From Picochlorum sp. SENEW3 (Eukaryota), in NCBI GenBank assembly GCA_034226945.1, contig CP120454.1:496001-560000 (forward strand): 64,000 nt of DNA, written 5' to 3'. Under the pieces are notes generated by a model. The model searched no databases, had not been told where the DNA came from, and saw nothing but the letters and a program-made list of their open reading frames with translations. Made by a program: the position numbers and the translations under genes. Below, one piece after another: positions 34,071 to 47,521 of this stretch; within the stretch, counting starts at the first letter, position 1; each line of letters begins with the position of its first letter.

Positions 34071-36320
34071 TCATGATGGTTGCGTTTCATGTGCTAAAGA
34101 TTCCTCTTTATCATGCACCTCTGGAAATGTCAATGTGACTGATGTTCCTGATCTCACAGGTTGTGCTTTATCTCCTACTTCAGTCAGCACAAAAAATCGT
34201 ACTGCTACCACGTCTAAATCTAGCCTTTGGTTTCTGACAATGTATATAGGGGCTGTGATAGTAGAAAGATACTTGGCATCACCCCAGATGAGGTGGTCAT
34301 TATCTGGGTTTTGAATTGCCGTCTTCATCCAGACTTGGAACCTGCGAATGGCCCTTTCAGATTCCCACACGAGGCTCAGGGTGATTTCCTTTCCAACAGA
34401 GTTCTCAGAATCATCAGAAACGAATCGTAAATCGACATTTTCAGGAATGATTGGCCCGACAGGGGAGCATTGAGGAAATGGTTCATTCATAAACCACATG
34501 GAGATATTTCCAATTGCAGCATGGCACTTGCACATGGATCCACTGGTCAAAGGTCGAATAATCGCATCAATGTTTGTTATGTATCCCTCTTCGAAAACCC
34601 AAGACGGTACATCCGGGGCTGGTATGCCAAACTCACAAGAAATCCATGAGTGGCCTTCCAATGGCTTGATATCATCAGCGTCCTTCTCTAATGTGTTCAG
34701 ACAAACCAGTCCATTCTTGGACTGTTTTGATGGATGTTTAACGAGAGCAGTGGACGAAAAGCTTGGCTGAGAATCCTGAAGTGACAATGTCGTTCTATCA
34801 CCAATACAATCCAATTCCAACATGACAGTTTCTCTCTTCTCCGAAGCATTCAAATTTCTCGACACTTTCAATACTATTCGTAGACAAATACCCTTTGAAA
34901 TCGCTGATGTACACCGCAAAGATATTCCGTGTTTCCCAGCGAGTCCAATATACGACTGAAACAGTCTGACTCTTGTTGGCTCGCCAACACCTCCTTTAAT
35001 CACAAAGCAATTAGATCGATTATACGCCGTTCCCTTTGTCACAAAGCACGTCATAACATTCGTGTGTAGAGAGTCGTATATCCAGGGCGTGCTCTGTACA
35101 CTTTGTAGACTGAGATTGTACCATGGAGACCCAACAGGGTCACACATGTGCCCAGCAGAGTAATATGCAGACCCTGACCCAATGCTGAAATCTGTCGAGA
35201 AGGGCAACGTCATTATCGTTTGCCGTCTTCTATTCCATACTTTATCAATACGATACCAAAATTCATCATCGAAATCATACCACTCCCGATACATGGTCGA
35301 CAGCGGCCCGTCGTCGTCACCATTTGCTGATGGTGCACCATTCTGCGCCTTGTCCATGTAATGCTGATATGGCCAACAACACCCAAACAGCGCCACATTC
35401 ATACCCGCGTTCTTCACTGCTTCCAAACCAAGATATGTATTCATACCACCACCTCCGTACGTCCCCCTTCCAAAACAGTCAACGCCTAAAAACACATCAC
35501 CTCTTCGTTCTCCAGCAGCATCCCGAATCCTATTTGGATCTCCTTCCTTCCACGTATAATTTATCCAAATTCCATCGCATCGCTCAAAGAAGGGTCTATT
35601 CATCTTTGTAAGGCTATTCTGCCAGTCCAAGCGACCTTCAATTGTCACCGCATCGTACCAAATCACGTGCGAATGTGGTATGGCTGTATGCATTGCTGTT
35701 GTCAGCAATGACACAAACTCCAACATCATGGACACCTCGTCCGTCTCCAACGCATTCTCAATATTCAATATCCATCCATCAAATCTGTAATATAATGCTA
35801 TATTTACAAGCTGCTGCACACATCGCTCCACCTTTGACCTCGAAGACAGCATATCACTGCATATCCGTCGCCCCTCATCCCACTCTGTAATCACAGTACC
35901 AAGAATGGGACACCCATGTTTATGCGCCGCGTTCGTCCATCCTGGAGGAGGAATCGTGATGAAATGGTGACTGAAATACACAAAACCATCTATGGCGTGC
36001 CAATGCCGAAATACGTATCCATGAGGATCCCTCCCGCCAAGCACATGGCGATCCTCCAAATACCCTCCTTGCATATCATGGCAGCAGAGAATTTTCTCCC
36101 CATCTGACTGCAATCCTTCCACTCGCAACTTGGGAAGCTTCTCATACGGAACATATAACTCTCGAGACACATAGTCCTGAGCAGGCTTCCACGACAACAA
36201 TTCATCAACATTCTTGAGAGGTGAAAACTCCCCACACATGTCTCGTACGAGAGTCTCTGGCATTGTCATGTGGCAGGTATCACCTTCCTGTTGCATACTT
36301 TCAGTCGCATCCCCCATCAT
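34071..36320 (-). CDS. ENGASE: Cytosolic endo-beta-N-acetylglucosaminidase (GH85)
   Basis: CHDMQGGYLED, YFSHHFITIPPPGWTNAAHKHG, FDGWILNIEN, WYDAVTIEGRLDWQN. Confidence 0.93.
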   Translation of the reverse strand: MMGDATESMQQEGDTCHMTMPETLVRDMCGEFSPLKNVDELLSWKPAQDYVSRELYVPYEKLPKLRVEGLQSDGEKILCCHDMQGGYLEDRHVLGGRDPHGYVFRHWHAIDGFVYFSHHFITIPPPGWTNAAHKHGCPILGTVITEWDEGRRICSDMLSSRSKVERCVQQLVNIALYYRFDGWILNIENALETDEVSMMLEFVSLLTTAMHTAIPHSHVIWYDAVTIEGRLDWQNSLTKMNRPFFERCDGIWINYTWKEGDPNRIRDAAGERRGDVFLGVDCFGRGTYGGGGMNTYLGLEAVKNAGMNVALFGCCWPYQHYMDKAQNGAPSANGDDDGPLSTMYREWYDFDDEFWYRIDKVWNRRRQTIMTLPFSTDFSIGSGSAYYSAGHMCDPVGSPWYNLSLQSVQSTPWIYDSLHTNVMTCFVTKGTAYNRSNCFVIKGGVGEPTRVRLFQSYIGLAGKHGISLRCTSAISKGICLRIVLKVSRNLNASEKRETVMLELDCIGDRTTLSLQDSQPSFSSTALVKHPSKQSKNGLVCLNTLEKDADDIKPLEGHSWISCEFGIPAPDVPSWVFEEGYITNIDAIIRPLTSGSMCKCHAAIGNISMWFMNEPFPQCSPVGPIIPENVDLRFVSDDSENSVGKEITLSLVWESERAIRRFQVWMKTAIQNPDNDHLIWGDAKYLSTITAPIYIVRNQRLDLDVVAVRFFVLTEVGDKAQPVRSGTSVTLTFPEVHDKEESLAHETQPS

Positions 36321-36960
36321 GAACTCTAGGTATCAAGGATAAGGCACGCAACCTCGATATGCTATCCCTCCCCTGTATCTCTCAAAGGCAGGCACAAGAA
36401 CACCAAGTGGAAGAGAAAAAAAGAGTTGCAGCAGCAGTTGATCGTGTCAACAGAACGTTCAGACGTTGCTCTGACTGGCACAAAGACAGACCATGACAAG
36501 ATGCCAACTTTATTGTCAATTTTATATGAATTCTTTCTGGGTATCAATCGCACAGGGTGAGGACAAACGAGACAAGTTGTGGGGACATTTCTTGAGATTT
36601 TTAATTGTCAAATACGGAGTATTTTCAAGTGAAAATGACCAACTCTAATCGCTTGTTTTTCTCATCCTACTCAATACTCTGATGTTCAAATGTATTCAGA
36701 TGTATTTTATTAATTTAATAGATGCATAGCGGGCACGAGATACCGGAAATAGTGCTCGGTTTTGTTTTCCTTGTGTTTGACAAGTAACACCAGTAAGAAG
36801 AACAAGGAACTTTTCACTATTTGCTTCATGTGTCATATGCATCATGATGAACACGTGGTAGAGATGTCGAGTGTATCGTGACAGTCTACTGTTGTTGCTG
36901 TTACTGCATCTGATTGTATTGTGGTGCTGTTGACTGTTTGGGTCTTCCTGGTGACTGAGC

Positions 36961-39187
36961 ATGCCTGCTCTTGTCCTCTTTGGAAGGCGATGGCTGTGCG
37001 CAGGGGATGACCTGGTGATTCCAGCATTGCAGCTGTCTATATTTCATCTGGTACGGTATCATAGACTCTAAGCTTATCGAGGCGTTTCGATGGTGATCCT
37101 GACGTATACATGCATGCCTGTATATATAGACGTGGACAGTGGTATTGTCTGTGTGGCTGGGAGAAGCTCGCAGCGTTATTGATTGTCCAGAGAAACGTTA
37201 TTATGAGGCTACTGTGAGTAGTTTGCTGGGAACATGCGCTATTTCAACGATATTGGAACCTGTCATTGCATACATCAGCTCTCGTGGTGCAATGTTTGAG
37301 ACACGAAAAAGGTCAGGACTCACTCATGTAGTCTATGCTGATTTATGTATGAGTGCGTTACGAGTGGTTGCAACGATATACGGAACGATCACATTATACA
37401 AGCATTCGAATGAATGTCTGAAGTATCCATCTGGATCCTCGTTTAGTTTGGTGAGTTCATATGAGGCAGCTCTTTGGTGTATGTGGATTATGATTGGTTC
37501 CTTGGCTGCATTTTCTCTCTTGGCCTTTAATTTTTTCCCAAATTACAAGGATCCTGAAGTATGGAAGAAACAATTTGTATATATCAGCTACTGGTTTTGT
37601 TGCATTAGTGGGACAAGGGATGAGGTTGATGGCGCTTTTCGACGTCTAGGGGAATTTGTTGGAGACTTACTTGGCCACACAGATCTTACTGTGAGTGATG
37701 TCTTGGTCATATTTTACCTCGGACGAATGAGACAGAGAATGTTTTTGCATGATGATATTGTCGTGAAGGGTGACGATGATGAGGACTCGACTCAAATGAA
37801 TGATGCTGAATCTGGTAGGTTTGTTTTGAAAGCAAAGAGTAGTAGGCGACTGGAACGAATAGGGTCTAGAGCTTCTTTGGATATTGATAATGAAGGACTT
37901 GTAGAGCAATCGAGTGTACAGGAAGCGGCGTACTACATGAAGTATGCCTTTGCTGCGTATGGATGGATGTTGTATGTGTGGGCAAAGCCTGGGACAGGGT
38001 TGGTGAAGCTCTGTTGCAGTGGTTTGATTCCAAATATGCTGAGAGCAAAGCATGGACTTCCTATAAACTTTCGTAAATCTCCGTATTTGAATAGACAAGC
38101 AATTATGTTGGTGTCAGAGCTTGAGCCACCTGATATACTGTTTGTTCGGTTGGAGGGTGAGAATAAGGATGTTTTACCATACTTTATTGGGTTGGATCAC
38201 AAAGAAAGAAAGTTAATTATTTCCATTAGAGGTTCAATGAGTTTTGATGACGTGGTGCGAGATTTAAAGTATGATCCAGTTGATGTTGATGATTGGATTT
38301 GTGCGTATGACACTCCACCAGACTTGGAGGAGATGCATCGAGATGATACTGGTTTTACTGGGCATCGTGGGATTGTGGAGGCAGCTCAAGCAACGATGAA
38401 AGATATAAAATCTACTGGAGTATTGAGGAAACATTTGCTGGATCCTGATGCTCCTCACAGAGAGTACGGAGTTGTTGTCTGTGGTCACAGTTTGGGTGCT
38501 GGATGTGCCTTTTTCGTCAGCTTGCATCTACGATCCGTTTTTCCTAATTTGCGATGTTTTGCGTTTAGTCCTCCTGGTGGACTCGTATCAATTGATTTGG
38601 CGAGTTCATGCAAGGACTGGTGTATCTCTACAGTTTGTGGCAAGGAAGTGATTCCCAGGCTCACGCTGGGGACTCTAGAACGTCTGCGAGATGATCTAGT
38701 GCTCTTGGGTATGTCAAGTAAAATGTCCAAGATTCAGATCTTGATATCAATGATGACGCGGTACATGTGGTCAGACCCAGATTTGTTCTATTCGGAGGAA
38801 AATTTACCTGGAGAACAACAGGAGTGGTTACATGCGTACGAGGAAAGTATTCATGCACCAAGCAATGTACGCAATATATTGAAAAGAGCACGTTCATTTG
38901 CTCCTCCTGGGAAAATAATGTACTTTAAACCTACCGGAAAGGTGAGGAAACACAGACGACTCCGAGGAAAATTATCGAGAGAATACGTGTGTACCTGGTC
39001 AAACCCAGCATCTTTGATTGACAAGGGAATTATTGTCAGTGGAAGAATGATGAAGGACCATATGCCTGATTATAGCTATGCCTTGCTGCAAAAACTTGGT
39101 GGTCTATCATTAAGAAAAAGAAAGTCTGTCTATATTCCAGACGAGGTCGCCAGTAGCGTTATCGAGGATGCGCAAACCTCTCATTGA
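36961..39187 (+). CDS. sn1-specific diacylglycerol lipase (class 3 lipase); two exons
   Basis: MPALVLFGRRWLCAGDDL, ISIRGSMS, GHSLGAG, FSPPGG, DHMPD. Confidence 0.88.
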
Positions 39188-39301
39188 ATGATGGTCAACG
39201 TCAGTCAGTATATGAACGGCAGATTCAGACACATTCTACCGTATAACCCGCCTTTCATATCCTATTATGAATAGAATCTCGTATAAGAATGTAACTCGAA
39301 G

Positions 39302-40318
39302 ATGAGTTCAAAACTTGGGATACATGCCCTCCTCATCAACGAACAAGGTCACGAAACCTTGATTCGTATGGGTGCAGAGATTGACCAGAAATGGCTGCCA
39401 TTCATCCAAAAACATGTACAAGAAACGCAAGATGAAGCAAAAAAACAACAAGATATCTTGAAAGCGATCCAGATCGACGCAGCAGGAGCCAAAGCGGCGT
39501 CCATTATGGAACTCATCAGACTCACAACAGCAACAATCATACAGGATCAGAAACGATATCAGGCTCAACTCAGACGATGCGTTGACATCTCCTTGGAAGG
39601 CATGACATTAATGGTAGAATCATCAAAACAGATCATGGACAAGATAGTGCAGCGCGTCATTCACCAGGCAACTGTGGAAGCAAACAGGATGTACCAAGCA
39701 ATGACACATCTTGAACCTGGAAGAATAACCTCATATCCAGATATCCCACACAGCCATGTTACAAACGGCAGTACCACTGTTCACGACATTAATAAACTGA
39801 ACCAAGAGTATATAGAGTACGATAGAATCTTTCTCGAGAAGACCGCCACGGAGATGTTGCACAATGCAGTCCCTGACCATGATGCTGTGGCTCAGCAGTA
39901 CAACCAGACATGCGAGAAGCTCGAGAGGCTACGAAACACGAACGCTCTCTACGAAGAAAAACTAGAGCGGATCAGAAAACAGCAACACGCATATACTGTG
40001 GACATGAAACATTCAGAGCAGAATCAGCAGCGTGATGAATCACAGCACAAGCAAGCCTGTGTGAATCTGAAAGCAGAGACAGACTCATTGATCCAAGCTG
40101 CATTCCATGCCCAGTCTGAATGCCGATCAATCGAGGAAACGTCGAATGAAATCCTCAAATCAATCTCATGGGAAAGGTATGGCGTTATGTGCGTTGGAAT
40201 ACGAGGCATTACAACTTGAATATATATACATACATGCTGTGTGTGCAGTTCCAAAGTCCTCGAGGAACTAGAGAGTATTGTGAAAACAGCAGAACGGATG
40301 GTCACACGCCATACATGA
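39302..40318 (+). CDS. Hypothetical coiled-coil protein; probable small final exon
   Basis: 305-aa ORF, GTATGG donor near 40177 and TGCAG acceptor near 40248. Confidence 0.55.
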
Positions 40319-40423
40319 TATTACTATGTTTACATGACGCACAACATGGGTAAAGAATACTACGATGTTCATCTCCAAAAAATGAGACGCTCACACCAGT
40401 TGAGCTCGGATGAAATCAAAAGT

Positions 40424-41132
40424 TTAACTAGCGCCAGCGACGCACTTGGCTGAGCAGATCATCTCCTCTCCCATAGCCTACACCAAAATAAAAAATAAAA
40501 AATCAGACACCATACGCATATATCACATGACTACCCCATACAAGCCGTATGAACAAGACACATGTAGGAGGCTCAGACAAGGCTGAAAGTCTGTCATCAA
40601 GAAACTTATGAATTTGATGGTACAAGTTGATCCTCTTTGCCACCACACAATGATAGAACATTTAAAAAATCAAACAAACACGTACAGCGAGGACAGAGAC
40701 AACAACCTCCTTTCCTTCATCAAAGTCAGCCTGAATCTGCTCAGCGAGCTTGTCCAACTCATCAGTTCCCTTTGGCAGAGACAAGTCATCCTTAGTATCT
40801 CCAGAATCCGTCATCAAAGAGCAGAATCCATCGTCAGAGATATCAATGAGCGTATAATCAGTACGAGACACATTTGGAACCTCGCAGTTGTGGGAAGATG
40901 GCTGCAAATCTTCCATCTTCTTGTTTGTGAAAATATCCAACGCCGTAAAGTTACATTTGGCGTGTCCGTGCTTTCCAGTCTTGGATGTAGACACATCCAC
41001 AACCTTGCATGGGCGACCCTTGATCACAATATATCCATTCTTTCTGATGGACCCAGCCTGCATTGGGAATGTCTTGGAAGCTCCAGAGTCGGTAGACTCG
41101 AAGTGAACGTCATGATGCTCGTCGTCAGACAT
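40424..41132 (-). CDS. EIF5A: Translation factor eIF5A; last exon AMGEEMICSAKCVAGAS*
   Basis: STSKTGKHGHAK hypusine motif; intron at ~40478-40684. Confidence 0.96.
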
Positions 41133-41996
41133 TTTGATTCAAACTCCAATATATATTGGTATCTGCATATAGCATTATATTACCTGTACGTTAGAATTCT
41201 GTCCTGCAGCGCCCAGTCTCCCTCAGACCACCTCCTGCCATGACCCATTCCCATCCATTGTGTGATACACATATTGACATATGTATTAAATATGATTTCA
41301 ATCATATCCCATGCATGTATTTCCCTCGCCTCTGCCGCCGCAGCAATGTCCCCACCAGCACCTGCCATGATTGGTGGCCGTTCAACGTACCCGTGAGATA
41401 ATTGATATACGTCAGTTGTGACCTGATCCGTAGTTATTTTTCTTTGATTTGAAAGAGGCCTATTGATGAGAACTCATGCATCCCTTGACGAACTGCCTCG
41501 GGCGTAGCATATAGGCGACCAATCTTCATGAACGATAGCCTCGCTATACGATGATGTTTGATGGGAGGTATTTATCGATTACATAGATTGACACGTGTGT
41601 CCCATCGAATGTATCCTCGGATTGGATCATTATGAGTTGATGCACATGGCGGCTGTGTCTTCGCCGAGCCTTCTGAAATACAGCAAGGCGCAGGTCGGTC
41701 GATCAAGTTGACCCCACTCGGCCCCGCTGGTGCATTAAATTTTATAAACTTGGATAGGTGAGTGAGAATAGTGATAGTAGTAGACTCAATCATATGTATA
41801 CGGGGCGGTCTAGAGGATTGCGAGCGTGGAACGAAGGATGCGGCGACGCCGGCTAAAACCCATCGTTGGTCTCTGTATCCCTCTAGACTGCGCAGTATAT
41901 TGCGAGATTTTGTTTCATAATACTGCTGTGTGGTGTATGGATATGAATTAATGCCTTTTGTTGTGTGCAGAGTAGTACCTCTTTCTTCAGAGCACG

Positions 41997-42592
41997 ATGG
42001 CCGAAGTGACCACCACGTACAATGGAAAGTCCGTGAAGGATGTGCCAGCCCAGGATTTTATCAAGGCTTTCAGCGTGTATTTGAAATCTACCGGAAAGGT
42101 GTGTGTGCATAGAGAGAGTGGGTTGGCGACGTCTCGTATGCCGGCTCATCCATGTCTACTGGATTTTTTTAACGCCTTTCATGTATTATTATTGACACTG
42201 ATTTCTCAATGCAGGTCCAACTTCCTGGATATGTTGACTTTTGCAAAACTGGAAGCTTCAAGGAGCTTGGTCCACAGGATGAGGACTGGTATTTTGTAAA
42301 GACTGCTGCTGTAGCCCGCAGAGTGTATACTAGACATGGAGTTGGAGTTGGAGCCCTCCGTCGTGCCTTTGGAGGACGTAATGGAAAGAACTCCACCTGC
42401 ACCGAGCATCACACCAAGGCTGCTGGAGGAATCATCCGCCATGCTCTTCACACTCTTGAGGACCTTGGCATCGTAGAGAAGATCCCAGGAGGAAAGGGTC
42501 GTCGCATTACACCAGAAGGACAGCGTCAGATGGATCTCGTGGCAGCAAGAGTTGAGGTGCAGAAATTCCACTACATTGAAAGTGCCGAGTAA
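41997..42592 (+). CDS. RPS19: 40S ribosomal protein eS19; two coding exons
   Basis: SVKDVPAQDFIKAF, KTGSFKELGP, GRRITPEGQRQMD. Confidence 0.95.
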
Positions 42593-42641
42593 ACATAGGA
42601 AATTCATAATTTGTATCTGTAAGTAACGTATACATCTACGG

Positions 42642-43512
42642 TTAAGTAACAAATGTGTATACAACATGTGTGTGTTCCCCTTGGACAGGTATTCGAAGTT
42701 CTTTGATTCGACGCAAATGCCGCAGCACGGTGAGAATAGATTTCGACGTCTTGTCTGTTTTCAACGCATTGCCAGTTTTCAGGTCAGATTCAAGGGCAAA
42801 GTGTGTTCCTGCCACGGATGGATGTTTTGCAATGTGCGTGAGCAACCACATGGCATGCTTTCTATCAATACCAGAAGTTTTGTTCCTTTTCGCTGCGTGA
42901 ACAAGCTCGGCATTGGCCTCAGCGTGGCCAGCCAACTCATCCAATGCAGCATTCATCTTGTCCACGGTGAGCCGACCCTTCATGTAGGAAGAAACACCAT
43001 CTAATTCTGCCTCATCAATATATCGCCGTTCAAGCTTTGCATATGTTTTATTCTGTTTCCTTTGACTCTCCTGCTGCTGTAATGGTACTCCTCCTCCAGC
43101 AGCAGATGATGCCTTCTTGTGTTGAACCACCCGTGGTGGTTCTGATGGCATATACGCAGGAATTCTATCCAATACACCCTTCAAACGTTTCTGTTGCATC
43201 TTTGCTGACTCTATAGATGCATCAAGGGATGCAATCGTATTCTTCTCATGATCAAGGACGGCCTTTTCCATCCCTGCGAGTCTGTCCTCAACAAGGTCAA
43301 CGAGGTTGTTGAGCTGCGTCACATCCTGATCAAACAAACCGTCTGCAATGCATTCATACAGTCATTAATTGTATTTAAATACTATAATTGAGGAATTGTA
43401 CGGCCGAAACAGGCAAAGACACACCGTGTTTGAGTAGAACCGTTGCTTCTTGCAATTCGACCAACGTCGAATTGAAATCAGTCACCACGCGTTCAAGAGC
43501 ACCAGGATTCAT
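42642..43512 (-). CDS. SKA1: Spindle and kinetochore-associated protein 1
   Basis: YMKGRLTVDKMNAALDEL, LTVLRHLRRIKELR; upstream exon MNPGALERVV. Confidence 0.8.
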
Positions 43513-43604
43513 TCGTATTCGTATCTATTTTATACATATAGTACCAGGTAGTATTAAATATAGATGTGTCGTCCATGTCAATTCTCACAAGAATCTAATA
43601 ACAA

Positions 43605-45227
43605 TCAGACATTGTTGAGAATGCCTCCTCCAGATGCAGGTGGGGATGCAAACAATGTCACATCCATGGATGCCTCATCAATGCGTCCTGATTTCAGTAA
43701 TGGCCCATAATATTGTTCCTTCACTTGTTTTAAAAACCTATCAACCATGTCTTTCTTGACAAGAGACACAGTACATCCACCCCAACCAGCCCCAGTAAGC
43801 CTGCTGCCAAGAGCACCATTATCCTTTGCAACTTTCACCAACGCATCCAATTCAGGAGACGAACATTCATATGATGTACTGCATGATGTATGAGACATAT
43901 CCATCAGCGATCCGAGAAGCTGTCTGGCCTTGTCCGCATCATAGCGTGTATCAGCACAGATTTGTGCAAAATCAAACACTCTCTGCTTCTCAGAGTACAC
44001 GTGCAGTGCTCTGTGATGGAGTTTGAAACTATCAAACGTGTCTAATACATGTTTTGATGCTTCATCATCAAACAACTCCGTCACCTTGCACCCCAAGATG
44101 TCTTCAATCTCTCGAGTGCTATATGGCGCTTCGTGCAAAAAGTCACACACAGCTGCAACACACCAATTCGGCATAGACTGATCGAGAGGTTCCGTCTTTT
44201 TCAAACACCACTCATCTACAAGTGATTCAACTTGTTTCAGCGTCGTATATTCGATCGCCTTGCGTTTCTCGACACCAAGGCTCTTGGCCAGCACAGCACT
44301 TGCCAGCCGACATTCTACAACCCTCAAATTATACCGGCCCGTTGCAGACTCGGCTTTCTTACTCACCGTGAGGGAATTCGCAATAACAAATACAGAATCA
44401 TCTGGTATGATCACAGGGGAAGCCCGCACTGGGTTGAATTCGATCAACTGCGCCACCCCCTCCTTGCCCATGATGGAAATCGCCTGATCCATGCCTCCAG
44501 ATATAACCCCTACATACCGCTCTGCAAGCGCAGTAAACTCTGCCACCTCCCCTTTTCGCAATCGAGGAACCCCAAGAACTTCCAACATCGCAATCGCCGA
44601 GGAACACACAATAGCGGCAGACGACGACAACCCACTCCCAGTGGGAACCCGACCATCCACCAGCACATCCAACCCAACAGGCTCTGGCACCTTGTCCGGA
44701 TGATGCTTCTTCAAATACTCAAACACCCCTTTGTACGCTCCAATCACATAATTACCCCACGTATGCTTCCCCGTATCCACATGCTGATCAGGATCCATCG
44801 GAAATGTCAACTCGCCATACGTATCAGACTGGGTATTCCTTAGCGTGATGACATCCCTTGACGAATTCTTACGAATAGCCACCACAGTATCCAACGCAAT
44901 CGCCATAGGCAGTACACCATATCCTTCATAATCAATATGCTCACCAATCAAATTCACCCGCCCAGGCGACCGCGCACACACGGACGGAACAGCACCAAAA
45001 TCCTTTTCAAACATGGCATACATATCAGACAAACGTTCCCTTGCACTCGCTGCGTCGTTCTCTGCACAGTAACCAATTGTCGCCTTCTTTATCCGTACGG
45101 ATACACTACCATCTCTGATCTAGTAGAGAAACCCTTGCGCCATGGAATCCAATCAGCAAGCAGAAATAGACGTACCTCCATACGCGGCCTCAACCGTGGC
45201 AAACTCCGACAGTAATTCATCCGCCAT
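43605..45227 (-). CDS. Galactokinase (GHMP family)
   Basis: SPGRVNLIGEHIDY, PTGSGLSSSAA, GGMDQ, GSRLTGAGWGGC. Confidence 0.95.
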
Positions 45228-45539
45228 GATTCTGAATCTATCACTCGGAAACTATGTATAAATTCGTTACTATAGTCACAATCGGTTCAATGATGGGTCA
45301 AAAGAAGATTTGGAAAGGATTTCTCAAGAACATGTTGCCCGACTTTTGCTGTTGGACGGTGGAATTTTCATCTTCTATCAAAGAGCATCTTTGATAGGAG
45401 AAAGTGTTTTGAGATGGACAGGCACATGTGTAGGCTCGTGACAAAACCTTGATTCATCCTTTAAAAACGCTGGGTATAGTAATATCTGCTGGAATAGATG
45501 TATAGAAATCCCAAAGTAGCAGCAATCGCATAGCATAGG

Positions 45540-46089
45540 ATGAAGCACCGAGTCGCTTTTCGACGATTGGGAAGGAGTTCGGCGCATCGCTGGGCTTTAA
45601 TACGGACGCAAGTGAGTCAATTAGTTGAACATGAGAGAATAGAGACGACTGTTCAAAAGGCGAAAGAGTTGAGGAGGGTTGCAGATAAAGTCATCACCTG
45701 GGGAAAGGAGGTGAGTGTTTTGCATTCTTGAAGATTTTCATGGACCTGTATGTAAGGAAGGTATACTCTTGATGGATGACAAATACTAATCAATGAATGC
45801 AATGCAGGGTACTGTTGCTGCGAGGAGGCATGCTGCGAGTGTGTTGAGAAGGGATGAGAATGTGAACAAGGTGTTTGGGCCACTGGCAGAGAGGTATAGG
45901 GATAGAGATGGTGGGTATACGAGGGTAGTTCGTACGCGAAAGAGACGGGATGATGCTGCGCAGCTTGCTTTTATAGAATATATAGATAGACCGGGTGAAT
46001 TGCGGACGCCGCGGCAGGGTCGGACAAAGGGCAACATGTTTGCATCGTCTGCTGCCAAGGCAGCAGCAGCAGCAGCCACTGGTCGATAG
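45540..46089 (+). CDS. Organellar ribosomal protein bL17; two exons
   Basis: MKHRVAFRRLGRSSAHR, HERIETT, RYRDRDGGYTRV. Confidence 0.92.
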
Positions 46090-46145
46090 TACTGTAACAA
46101 GAAAAAAAGCAAAGAAGAAGAACAAGAAGAACGCATGTAATACAA

Positions 46146-46901
46146 CTACGATGCCTGCTTTTCCTGCGTAGCACTGGGAGCACCAAGATTGGGAGGGACT
46201 TGGTCCGTCTTCTGCGCATCCCCATCAGCAGCCACCTGCTCTGCTGCAGGAGCAGGGGCAACGGGCTTGGGTAATGCAATACCAGAGCCCTTTTTATATT
46301 CTTGAAGCACAGGGTATATGTTTTCAAATGCTGTGTTGATCTCCATTCGTGTCTTTGCTCCTGTCAAGACAACTTTACCAGACACAAAGATGAGGAGGAC
46401 AATCTTTGGCTGTTGCATTCTATAAATCAGACCAGGAAACAATTCAGGTTCGTACGAGCAAAACATACTGTGGGATGTCGCCAGACCCTCCAACCTGATG
46501 GGGAATTTCACATCACACGATCCAACCATGTTTTGAATCTTGAATTCCTTGAACGATACAGGATTCCCAAGCTTTTGTAAAATACGAGCAAACTTTCTCG
46601 CTGCATTCCTGGCATCCTCTTCGCTCTTTGACCCAGTACACACCATTTTACCAGAACTGAAAATCAGCGCTGTACTCTTTGGTTCTCTGATTCTCATAAT
46701 CACTGCTGCAAACCTCTTTGGGTTGTACTCGGCATTCCTCGCATGCAATGCAATCTGCTTCAAATCCAAACCTTTACATCCTAGATTAATGGTCGCAACC
46801 ACGTTCTGAAGGGTCGGCACAATGCCACTCCCACCTTGTTGAACTCCGTCAGGCTTATCCTGGGCTACTACAACCTCCTTTGCTCCTTCAGCACTCTCCA
46901 T
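46146..46901 (-). CDS. TBP: TATA-box binding protein
   Basis: [40 protein letters not shown]. Confidence 0.97.
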   Translation of the reverse strand: MESAEGAKEVVVAQDKPDGVQQGGSGIVPTLQNVVATINLGCKGLDLKQIALHARNAEYNPKRFAAVIMRIREPKSTALIFSSGKMVCTGSKSEEDARNAARKFARILQKLGNPVSFKEFKIQNMVGSCDVKFPIRLEGLATSHSMFCSYEPELFPGLIYRMQQPKIVLLIFVSGKVVLTGAKTRMEINTAFENIYPVLQEYKKGSGIALPKPVAPAPAAEQVAADGDAQKTDQVPPNLGAPSATQEKQAS

Positions 46902-47521
46902 ACTGAAATATATTTATAAACTACTACGAGCTCGTGTATTCTTCGCCACGCAGACACGTGATGCACGACGGTCGTCCCTTCTCCCGACGAGCGTGCCTGT
47001 CTCTCGACTGAAACGGTCTACTCGTATCACAGAGAACTCTAAATCAGAAATAAGGCATACTATATACTCTCCCTATGCGTTGTTTGCTCGACAGACACGT
47101 TGATTAAAAGATTCTTTGATTCGGAATGAGCCTCTGCAGACACCCCACAGGCGCTCTATTTTTTTATACTGCTATACTGTCACGAAATATCCTATGTAAA
47201 AATCTTATGCTGCTGTGAGCAGCAGTCCGTGACCAATTGAATTGGAATGGATGGGCCATCCGGCACAGTGGCGACTGCCAAGTTCTGGATTGTCATGGGC
47301 CACACCTCTGCTACTGCTTGTGATGGTGTGGCAGAAGATTGTCTCTCTGTCGGTCACAAGGTACTCTTGATGGGTCGCAAGGCATACCAAGACTTGGCAA
47401 TGTTGTCATCATAGATCCATGCTTGTATTGGACCCTGTTGGGCTATTACATACTGTTTTTGTTATTGAATATTGAACCTGAGTAGGTGAGAAAGACTCAC
47501 GAGTCCACGGTTCTGTCGAGA

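Noticed and set aside
41852..41860. CTAAAACCC as a telomerase RNA template
   Set aside because: Only 9 nt, telomere repeat of this organism unknown, and it lies within an inferred Pol II intron
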